Of a stretch of 39,072 nt of DNA, positions 1-6,923 are shown in pieces. Under the pieces are notes generated by a model. That model saw nothing but the letters and a program-made list of their open reading frames with translations, was not told the origin of the DNA and made no database searches. Each line of letters starts with the position of its first letter. Positions within the stretch are counted from its first letter, which is position 1. The position numbers and the translations under genes are program-made. The stretch is from a virus (taxonomy: Duplodnaviria > Caudoviricetes): IMG/VR virus record IMGVR_UViG_3300037467_002096, positions 1-39,072 of that record. One strand, 5' to 3'.

Positions 1-129
1 AAGAATGCAGTGGTTGCTCAATTAGGAGAACTACCTATTAAGTACAGTAATTTACTATCTGGAGTATTTGCATTGCTTTCTAAACTTCCAGAGGTGAAAG
101 CAGACAAACCAATTGAGGAGCCAAAGTAA
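1..129 (+). CDS. 3' end of a truncated hypothetical phage protein (...KLPEVKADKPIEEPK*)
   Basis: Frame 1 open from base 1 to TAA 127-129, overlapping the next ATG (TAATG). Confidence 0.6.
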   Translation, partial: KNAVVAQLGELPIKYSNLLSGVFALLSKLPEVKADKPIEEPK

Positions 130-329
130 TGGAAAAAATAAAGACCTTCTTCATTGAATGGTGGAGTGACATTGTAAAAGGATTAGCAGGTGGTTCGTTT
201 GCAAGCTATATATTTAACCATTTGTCAGATCTTTTTTGGACTAGTATTGCGACTATTTTAATCACAATATTAACCCACATTTCAAAGAAGAAGGTTATTC
301 CATGGCTTGAGAATAAAGGCATAATTTAA
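129..329 (+). CDS. Small membrane protein, putative holin/antiholin
   Basis: 66 aa, two hydrophobic segments, basic C-terminus, directly upstream of the endolysin. Confidence 0.6.
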   Translation: MEKIKTFFIEWWSDIVKGLAGGSFASYIFNHLSDLFWTSIATILITILTHISKKKVIPWLENKGII

Positions 330-341
330 ATTATAAGTAAC

Positions 342-863
342 ATGATTACAGCAGAGCAATTAAAATCCATTCTTCCTTTTTGCAAACAACAAAGGATTGA
401 AATTTTCATTGATCCTTTAAATGAAACAATGAGAGAATTTGATATTAATTCTAAAATGAGGGTGTGTGCTTTTATTGCTCAGATTGCTCACGAATCCGGA
501 TCACTGAATTATGTGAAGGAACTTGCAGATGGAAAAGCCTATGAAGGAAGGATTGATTTAGGAAATTACAAAGAAGGTGATGGAATCAAATTTAAAGGAC
601 GTGGATTAATTCAACTAACTGGAAGAAGAAATTATGAGGCCTGCAGTAAAGCTCTTGGACTTGATCTAATTTCCAAGCCTGAATTATTAGAAGATCCAAA
701 ATATGCATCTCTTTCCGCTGGGTGGTTCTGGAAACTAAAAGGATTAAATGAATTGGCCGATTCTGGGGATTTGAAAAAAATTACCCTTCGAATTAATGGA
801 GGAATGAATGGTTGGTCTGAACGAATGGCATTTTATAAAAAAGCATTAGAAATAATTAAATAA
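342..863 (+). CDS. Endolysin, glycoside hydrolase family 19 (chitinase-like)
   Basis: AFIAQIAHES, KFKGRGLIQLTGRRNY, SAGWFW and INGGMNG motifs of phage GH19 lysins. Confidence 0.92.
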   Translation: MITAEQLKSILPFCKQQRIEIFIDPLNETMREFDINSKMRVCAFIAQIAHESGSLNYVKELADGKAYEGRIDLGNYKEGDGIKFKGRGLIQLTGRRNYEACSKALGLDLISKPELLEDPKYASLSAGWFWKLKGLNELADSGDLKKITLRINGGMNGWSERMAFYKKALEIIK

Positions 864-864
864 T

Positions 865-1359
865 ATGGAAAAAGGTAAACCGTTCAAAGAAACCAAGGTT
901 GGAAAGCTAATTACTGAAAAATTACCCGAAGCGCTTCAGGTTGTCGGGGATGTTCTTCCGGATAAGGGAGTTTTGGGAATCGCCAAGAATATAATAGAGA
1001 AATCAACCATTTCTCCTGAAGAAAAACAACAGCTTGTAAATCAGATACATGAATTTGAACTAACCATGGTTCAAGAGGAAATGAAAAATACGGCCGATGC
1101 CCGAAACAGGGAAGTTCAGCTTCGTAATACAATAGGGGTTTGGATGCAAAATGTCGCTGCAGGAATCATCATTTCTGCTTTTGTAGGACTATTATTTGGA
1201 ATAGTTTTCATGAAAGTTGAAGTCCAAAATAAAGAATTGGTTTATACTCTTCTCGGATCTTTGGGAACGATTGTAGTAACGATTTTCAATTATTGGTTCG
1301 GTGGATCGGCCGGTTCTACCAAGAAAACTGATCAGCTTCTTGAAATGATCAAAAAATAA
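865..1359 (+). CDS. Holin-like membrane protein (GTA/3TM-holin-like)
   Basis: N-terminal helical region with ADARNRE, two C-terminal TM segments ending FNYWFGGSAGS, follows the lysin. Confidence 0.7.
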   Translation: MEKGKPFKETKVGKLITEKLPEALQVVGDVLPDKGVLGIAKNIIEKSTISPEEKQQLVNQIHEFELTMVQEEMKNTADARNREVQLRNTIGVWMQNVAAGIIISAFVGLLFGIVFMKVEVQNKELVYTLLGSLGTIVVTIFNYWFGGSAGSTKKTDQLLEMIKK

Positions 1360-1361
1360 AT

Positions 1362-1393
1362 TTTGTACCTGAATAGGTTAAAAATTACCTTTG
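1362..1393 (+). promoter_or_regulatory. Bacteroidota housekeeping-sigma promoter (-33 TTTG, 20 bp, -7 TACCTTTG)
   Basis: Exact match to TTTG-N19-21-TAnnTTTG. Confidence 0.7.
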
Positions 1394-1397
1394 TAAT

Positions 1398-1463
1398 AGT
1401 TGTCAGTCTCCAATTGACAATTAAGTTGTTAAACCCTGGACGGTTCCCGTTCGGGGTTTTTTT
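1398..1463 (+). ncRNA. Candidate ~65-nt small RNA
   Basis: Consensus promoter, then hairpin AGTTGTCAGT-ctcca-ATTGACAATT, then intrinsic terminator; no ORF. Confidence 0.5.
1431..1463 (+). terminator. Rho-independent terminator after lysis cassette / sRNA
   Basis: AAACCCTGGACGG-ttc-CCGTTCGGGGTTT stem followed by a T run. Confidence 0.85.
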
Positions 1464-1469
1464 ATTAGC

Positions 1470-1489
1470 ACTTGACAAGAACTTGACAA
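1470..1489 (+). repeat. Integrase arm-type sites, left pair (ACTTGACAA x2, 11-bp period)
   Basis: ACTTGACAA at 1470-1478 and 1481-1489, identical to the right pair. Confidence 0.75.
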
Positions 1490-1598
1490 TTTAAGAATTA
1501 TGGCTGGTAACAACCGTTAAAAACTGCCATTGGATAACCCCAAAAATTGTTTAATTTCGTTAAAATTAACATTTATTCACAGGCTTAAAACTATTAAG

Positions 1599-1616
1599 GA
1601 ATCCCAGCGGGTTCAC
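1599..1616 (+). other. attP core, matching a tRNA 3' end (T-arm/acceptor; tRNA-Arg-like)
   Basis: GAATCCCAGCGGGTTCAC reads as T-loop end, T-stem, CGGGTTC acceptor strand and discriminator; lies between arm repeats just upstream of the integrase. Confidence 0.75.
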
Positions 1617-1627
1617 TTAAACAAATT

Positions 1628-1658
1628 AAAGGCCTTGATTATCAAGGTCTTTTTTTTT
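1628..1658 (+). terminator. Terminator that would end the reconstituted tRNA transcript after integration
   Basis: AAAGGCCTTGA-tta-TCAAGGTCTTT plus T run, 11 bp after the core. Confidence 0.75.
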
Positions 1659-1660
1659 GT

Positions 1661-1680
1661 ACTTGACAACCACTTGACAA
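1661..1680 (+). repeat. Integrase arm-type sites, right pair (ACTTGACAA x2)
   Basis: ACTTGACAA at 1661-1669 and 1672-1680. Confidence 0.75.
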
Positions 1681-1757
1681 CATCTTAATTATTTTTTCAA
1701 GTACTCTTGTCTGTGAATAGATGGATTGTAAATATTTACTAAACAACTTAATTCACT

Positions 1758-3098
1758 ATGTCAGGAGTTTCACTGTATCTCGATGGTGTACCCAAGAAAT
1801 CTTTTCAATTAATTAATGGAGTACTTCGAGCAAATCCCCAATCATTTACCATCCGAAGAATAATTATTTATTATCGTTGTGAAGATGGAAAATTTTTCAA
1901 ATCTACAAAGCAGCAAATCAACGAATGTGATTGGATTGAATCAGATCCTAAGAGAAAATTAATTCAACGTGTAGAGCCCAAGATTACAGGAGCGAGTAAT
2001 ATTAATTTTGTATTGGATGAATTGTCATCAAAATTAAATAGAGTAATTAGAGAAAAAGAATCAAATGGTCTTCCTATCTATAAGAAGTATCTTGAAGATT
2101 TATTTATTGATGAACAAAAACCTATTGAATCAAAAGTAAATGAAGAGGTACCTGAAAAAACATTATGGGAAATTTGGGATGAATTTTTGAAGTTATCTAA
2201 AACTAACATTAGTAAAATAAAAGATAAGCCTTTATCAGATGGTACAATTAAAAATTACAAGAAAGTTAAAAATAGAGTAAAGTTGTTTTCTGATAAGCAC
2301 TGGCCAGATTTAAATATTAACGATTTTAAAAACCGAGCGCCTGAGTTCGAAATCAAATTTCGTGAATTCATGCTTGAAGAATTAAAAGTTGTTCCTTTGA
2401 CTTTTGGAGATTATATTAAAAACCTTAAAGTATTTTTAAAATGGTGTAGAAAAAAGTCAGGTTATAAGGTTGGAAAAAAATATAAACAATTCTACAGGCC
2501 ACGAAGACCAGGAAGAGCCAAGGCATTGAAGAAAGAAGAATTACTTGCATTATATGATTTAAACCTTTCTAGTGATCATTTACTTGAACGAGAACTTTTA
2601 ATTTTCCTATTCTTGTGTTCAAGTGCAATGAGACAAAGTGATTATAATCAATTTGCTGAAGATCCATTTAAGTATATTGAAGAGATGGTTATAAATGGTG
2701 ATAAAGTAAAATATATTAACCTCGGAGCAATTAAGAATGATCAGGAATGTATTGTTCCTTACTTTGATGATTTATACTTCAGGCCAGTTTGGTTGGTTGA
2801 AACTATGCTTAAAAAATATGGATCACTTCCAAAGATTAAAGACAATACAATGTTCAATAAAAGGCTTAAAGAAATTTTTGCTTTGGCAGGTATTACACGT
2901 CAAGAGATTGAACCATCTTCTAAATTAGGAAGAAAAGTTTGGAGCAGTGTTAAACGTAAGCTTGGAATGAACAAGGATATGATCAGAAAAGTAACAGGTC
3001 ATAGAGATGATAAATCACTTGAGCATTACATTGGAATCGATCCACAAGATATTTTACAAGATGCGGTTGCAACTGCAGTATATTTGAAAGCTGGTTAA
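1758..3098 (+). CDS. int: Tyrosine integrase (Bacteroidota type: arm-binding, SAM-like and catalytic domains)
   Basis: SAMRQSD (R), KLGRK at the HxxR position, TGHRD...SLEHY (H, Y); adjacent to attP. Confidence 0.9.
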   Translation: MSGVSLYLDGVPKKSFQLINGVLRANPQSFTIRRIIIYYRCEDGKFFKSTKQQINECDWIESDPKRKLIQRVEPKITGASNINFVLDELSSKLNRVIREKESNGLPIYKKYLEDLFIDEQKPIESKVNEEVPEKTLWEIWDEFLKLSKTNISKIKDKPLSDGTIKNYKKVKNRVKLFSDKHWPDLNINDFKNRAPEFEIKFREFMLEELKVVPLTFGDYIKNLKVFLKWCRKKSGYKVGKKYKQFYRPRRPGRAKALKKEELLALYDLNLSSDHLLERELLIFLFLCSSAMRQSDYNQFAEDPFKYIEEMVINGDKVKYINLGAIKNDQECIVPYFDDLYFRPVWLVETMLKKYGSLPKIKDNTMFNKRLKEIFALAGITRQEIEPSSKLGRKVWSSVKRKLGMNKDMIRKVTGHRDDKSLEHYIGIDPQDILQDAVATAVYLKAG

Positions 3099-3187
3099 TA
3101 ACCTAATATTGGTATGGTATTAGCTTATAGTCTGATATTAGGAATTTAAAAATAATTAGTAAATTGATACTTTAATTGAATTCTAAA

Positions 3188-3715
3188 ATGAAAAACTTAA
3201 TTATAATTATACTGTCAATATTTGTTTTTTCATGCAATAAGAATAATCAAATTCCTGATCCGGTTGTTCCTCAGCCGTCTCCATGCGCTGGATTAGATTC
3301 CACCAAGAGCGTTGAAATCTTTGTTAAAAGCTCGTACCCGCTTTATCAAGGATCTTCTCCCAATGGAGGAGGTAGGACCGTTTATTTCGATTCAGTCGGG
3401 ATACTTCATGATACCATTCAATGGAATAAAACCTGGTGTTGGTTCAAGCCTACTGATACTATTCATGTAAATATCAAAGGAAGGATTTACTTACAATCTG
3501 ATGGTGGTGGATTTCAATTATATCTAGGAAATAATAATTCAAATATTCCTCATACAATGGAAATAATTGATACAAAAAACTTCAATGGATTTGTTGATGT
3601 TAACTTGAATGACTATACGATTTTACCCAATCAGAAAATTCAATTATTTGGTTCAAGTTATGCGAATATAACTGTAAATCAGGGTAGTTATTTGCGGATA
3701 GAAACATGTAAATAA
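3188..3715 (+). CDS. Lipoprotein; possible superinfection-exclusion/lysogenic conversion protein
   Basis: MKNLIIIILSIFVFS-C lipobox, Pro-rich linker, beta-rich body; between int and repressor. Confidence 0.75.
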   Translation: MKNLIIIILSIFVFSCNKNNQIPDPVVPQPSPCAGLDSTKSVEIFVKSSYPLYQGSSPNGGGRTVYFDSVGILHDTIQWNKTWCWFKPTDTIHVNIKGRIYLQSDGGGFQLYLGNNNSNIPHTMEIIDTKNFNGFVDVNLNDYTILPNQKIQLFGSSYANITVNQGSYLRIETCK

Positions 3716-3800
3716 ATGTGGAAAACTACCTTTAAAAACTGAATTGTTTTAACATCTTTTAGGGGTATTTTTCGTATATTAGTGTACAAATTTTTACTTA

Positions 3801-4046
3801 ATGTTAATGGGTCGCGTTGGGGTGCTTGCCGGTATTGAGAATACTGCCTACCACGAGAATCAAGCAATGACGCAAACAAACCATCAATCAGATGTGCTAG
3901 CCTTTAATGAAGCTAATTTTCAGCTAATTCTTTCTGAAAATGTGAGATTCAGGAAAAAGATTGAAGAGCTTCAATCCGAAATTATTAGGCTGTACAAACA
4001 AGAAATCCTTTACATGCCACCAAAGATGGTGGTAGTAAAAGATTAA
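3801..4046 (+). CDS. Small coiled-coil protein, candidate antirepressor (alternative start 3867)
   Basis: C-terminal half aligns ungapped with the repressor C-terminus (ELxxExxxLYKQ); convergent with the repressor. Confidence 0.55.
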   Translation: MLMGRVGVLAGIENTAYHENQAMTQTNHQSDVLAFNEANFQLILSENVRFRKKIEELQSEIIRLYKQEILYMPPKMVVVKD

Positions 4047-4062
4047 AGACATTTTAAACTAG

Positions 4063-4527
4063 TTATTGGGAGGCGCTTTTATCAGAAGCGCCTTTATTTT
4101 TTTCCGCTTGCTGCTTATAAAGTTCTAAAAGCTCATCATTCAACTCCTGATTTTTATTACTTACCCTTCTGAAGTCAGAAACTAAAATACTATTGTCCTT
4201 TTTTAAATTATTAATTTGCTCTTCTAATTCCTTAATTTTATTTTTTAGCTCATTAATAGCCTCTTGTCCTTCTTTGGAATTGCTCTGAAAGAAGGATTTC
4301 TCCTGATTTTGTCCTGATTTTTCTGATTTGGTAATTAATGTATTTAGATCAACATTAAAAAAGTTAGCCATTCTGATTAAATCATCCAGTCCTGGTTCAG
4401 TCTTACCATTCTCATAGTCCGAAATCCTTTGTTTTGATTTAAATCCAAGAGCCTCAGCCAGTTGCTCTTGATTCAACCCCTTAAAAACTCGTAAGCTTCT
4501 AAGTTGGTCAGGAAAAAAATTATCCAT
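4063..4527 (-). CDS. XRE/HTH_3 CI-like repressor with C-terminal coiled coil, no S24 peptidase
   Basis: LRSLR..GLNQEQLAEALG...ISDYENGKTEP HTH; divergent from the early operon. Confidence 0.88.
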   Translation of the reverse strand: MDNFFPDQLRSLRVFKGLNQEQLAEALGFKSKQRISDYENGKTEPGLDDLIRMANFFNVDLNTLITKSEKSGQNQEKSFFQSNSKEGQEAINELKNKIKELEEQINNLKKDNSILVSDFRRVSNKNQELNDELLELYKQQAEKNKGASDKSASQ

Positions 4528-4562
4528 TGGTAAATATTTTTATTATTTTTTGTAACTAATTT

Positions 4563-4604
4563 CTTGACTAGTCCGTTTTTTCATTATATATTTGTAGTGT
4601 ACAA
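4563..4604 (+). promoter_or_regulatory. Early rightward promoter with overlapping palindromic operator candidate TTGTA-GTG-TACAA
   Basis: TTG 4564-4566, 20 bp, TATATTTG 4587-4594; palindrome 4592-4604. Confidence 0.65.
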
Positions 4605-4625
4605 TTCAAGCAAGATAAAAAGATC

Positions 4626-4850
4626 ATGGCAAATCATAAGCATACTTCGAGCCAAAAATTAGAATTCTTTAATAGGGTGAGCAAAATTGAAAAGCTTCCA
4701 AAGGACTTTGTAAAGAAAATCCTGACTATTGACCCTAATCTTTCAGTGAACAGAATTGAAAATGTGAGATACGGTAGAACGATTGATTTTTATATCCTAG
4801 GACTTCTTGAAGATCTAGCTGAGGTTCCTACAACTTCAAAAGCAGCCTAA
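4626..4850 (+). CDS. Cro-like small DNA-binding protein
   Basis: 74 aa, first gene divergent from the repressor, HTH-like SVNRIENVRYGR. Confidence 0.6.
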   Translation: MANHKHTSSQKLEFFNRVSKIEKLPKDFVKKILTIDPNLSVNRIENVRYGRTIDFYILGLLEDLAEVPTTSKAA

Positions 4851-4872
4851 CAACAAACAACTTAATAATACA

Positions 4873-5187
4873 ATGGAGATTCAAGCAACTTTTAACCAAC
4901 AACCAGCCGAAAAACTTCTAATGATGTTTGAGGCGCTTTACCAGCCATCAGGAAGTAAAGATGTTTCCACTGTTGTAACTCTTCACCAAGAGGATTACAA
5001 AGTCCTTTATCATCTTGATAAATCAACCAATGTAATTGAAATCAACAGCATTGATGGCCATACTGATATTGAATTCACATACACTTCACAATTCCTTTTT
5101 AAAGTAGAAGAAGAAATCAGAAAGCAAATGATTTATAAAGAGGAATACAAAGGTGAAATGATGTCAGACGAAAGCAGGTATAATTAA
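4873..5187 (+). CDS. Hypothetical early protein
   Basis: 104-aa ORF in the early operon with A-rich start region. Confidence 0.65.
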   Translation: MEIQATFNQQPAEKLLMMFEALYQPSGSKDVSTVVTLHQEDYKVLYHLDKSTNVIEINSIDGHTDIEFTYTSQFLFKVEEEIRKQMIYKEEYKGEMMSDESRYN

Positions 5188-5211
5188 CCTCTTCTTATAA
5201 ACTCAAATCCT

Positions 5212-5355
5212 ATGAACTGGACAATCATATCTCTCCTGCTTCTTTCAATCTTAATCATTTGGGGAATCTCTTCATTGTTTAGCCAGTGGGGATTCATGAA
5301 GGAAGAAAAGGAGCTGTTACATCAAAATCGAATTAATAACAACTTAAATAAATAG
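5212..5355 (+). CDS. Small single-TM protein (47 aa, not in ORF track)
   Basis: MNWTIISLLLLSILIIWGISSLF... fills the intergenic gap exactly. Confidence 0.6.
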   Translation: MNWTIISLLLLSILIIWGISSLFSQWGFMKEEKELLHQNRINNNLNK

Positions 5356-5359
5356 TCAA

Positions 5360-5755
5360 ATGGAGACAACTAAAGAAGTTACCAAACCAAATACAGACGT
5401 GGTATTACAAATGCCAAGCCTCGACCAATTAGGCGAGCTTAAAGGACTTAAAGAAGTGTACAAGGCTACTGCTTCTTACAGAACTCAAGAACAGTGGTTC
5501 GAATACAAAGAAAAACCCATCAGATGCTTTTTCCTTGGTGTAAAGGAGCTTCCAAATGATAAAGAGGATTTGGTTTTATCTGGAATATTCGCTGCAGAAG
5601 ATGGGATCTTCCTAGCTGCTCAAAAAGTGTTAGTTGATGCAGTTAGAAACCTTAAGCCTCAAACACCTATTGAAATTACTTTCAAGGGAAAGAAGAGCAA
5701 TAAGAACAGTGAAGGAAGTACCAACATTTTTGAAGTAATAATCTTGGGAGCTTAA
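5360..5755 (+). CDS. Probable OB-fold ssDNA-binding/recombination protein
   Basis: Beta-rich, PIEITFKGKK...TNIFEV; directly upstream of the exonuclease. Confidence 0.45.
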   Translation: METTKEVTKPNTDVVLQMPSLDQLGELKGLKEVYKATASYRTQEQWFEYKEKPIRCFFLGVKELPNDKEDLVLSGIFAAEDGIFLAAQKVLVDAVRNLKPQTPIEITFKGKKSNKNSEGSTNIFEVIILGA

Positions 5756-5757
5756 TC

Positions 5758-6504
5758 ATGATACCAGTAGCAGACCTAAAAGAATTTGAGAATCAAGCCA
5801 AGGAGCTTGATTTCTCAAAGCTTGAAAATCTTAAAGTATCTGAGAAAGTTGTGATCCAACAAACTGAAGAATGGTATCAGCAAAGAAGATTCAAGTTTAC
5901 TTCCTCTTCCATCTATAAACTTTTAGTTGAACCAAAGTCAAAAGAAGCTAAGGAAAAAGGAGAATTAGGTGAGACAGCCAAAACATATATCATGGAAAAA
6001 ATCGCTGAGGAAGTTGGTGGTTTTCTCCCTGATGCTACAGGTCGAGCGATAGAATGGGGAAATGAACATGAAGATAAAGCTGCTAATGAATACGCCAAAG
6101 TAACTGGTAATAGTTTGGAAGCTGTTGGGTTTGTTCAACATACTGAATTTTATGGTGGAAGTCCTGATAGATCAGTTTTAGATAATAATCTTTCTTCTGA
6201 TCGTATTGGAGGACTTGAAATAAAATGTCCTTACAACTCAACCAATCATCTTTGGCATAGGCTTATTGATTCAGCTGAATACTTTAAAAAGAATCATCCA
6301 GATTATTACTGGCAATGTGTAAGCCATATGATAACACTTAATGTTAAATGGTGTGACTTTGTTTCTTATGATCCTCGTGTTAGCCCTGAATTAGGTCTTT
6401 TCATTTTCAGACTGGAAAGGGATGAAATGGAAGTAAGCTTACTTCTTAACAAGATTAAAAAAGCTTTAGAGTATAAGGAGTATTTGAAATTAAAACTTAG
6501 CTAA
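5758..6504 (+). CDS. YqaJ/lambda-exonuclease family recombination nuclease
   Basis: TEEW..R..FTSS, EWGNEHE, GGSPD, LEIKCP, YYWQ, WCDFVSYDPR. Confidence 0.92.
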   Translation: MIPVADLKEFENQAKELDFSKLENLKVSEKVVIQQTEEWYQQRRFKFTSSSIYKLLVEPKSKEAKEKGELGETAKTYIMEKIAEEVGGFLPDATGRAIEWGNEHEDKAANEYAKVTGNSLEAVGFVQHTEFYGGSPDRSVLDNNLSSDRIGGLEIKCPYNSTNHLWHRLIDSAEYFKKNHPDYYWQCVSHMITLNVKWCDFVSYDPRVSPELGLFIFRLERDEMEVSLLLNKIKKALEYKEYLKLKLS

Positions 6505-6506
6505 TC

Positions 6507-6899
6507 ATGATCCAGGTAATTGACTTTAGTAAGAGAGAAGATAAAACAAGGTTATATGAGACTTTAAAAGGATTAAAGCCTTGTTCGTACTGGGTAGAAC
6601 TAAAGCAATTCAGAGATACAAGAAGCAACCGACAAAATGCATATTACTGGGGAGTAGTTATCAAAATACTAAGTGATCATACAGGATTCGATCCTGAAGA
6701 GATGCATGAAGTTTTAAAACAAAAGTTCTTAACAAAATTTGTTGTCATTCAATCCACCGCTGAAGAGGTTAAAATAACAAGAAGTACTTCGAATCTATCC
6801 ACTGAAGAATTTGAAAAGTATATGGAGGATGTGAGAAGGTTTTCGATACAAGATCTTGATTGTTTTATTCCTCTTCCTGGTGAATACATTGAAGCATAG
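6507..6899 (+). CDS. NinB/Orf-like recombination mediator
   Basis: RSNRQNAYYW, EEMHEVLK and STSNLSTEEF motifs. Confidence 0.7.
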   Translation: MIQVIDFSKREDKTRLYETLKGLKPCSYWVELKQFRDTRSNRQNAYYWGVVIKILSDHTGFDPEEMHEVLKQKFLTKFVVIQSTAEEVKITRSTSNLSTEEFEKYMEDVRRFSIQDLDCFIPLPGEYIEA

Positions 6900-6923
6900 T
6901 TTAAACATTAGACCTTAATCCAA

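Noticed and set aside
129-1359. Absence of spanins in a Gram-negative phage lysis cassette
   Set aside because: The window starts inside this region, so they could lie outside it; no claim possible
3720-3730. GGA-AAACT-ACC resembling a GGA-N5-TCC Bacteroidota SOS box upstream of the candidate antirepressor
   Set aside because: One mismatch in a six-base motif; expected by chance
3808-3866. GC-rich stretch with possible pairing (TGCTTG/CAAGCA, GGTATT/AATACT) as a riboswitch-like leader
   Set aside because: Also reads as in-frame coding sequence; pairing short and no recognisable family
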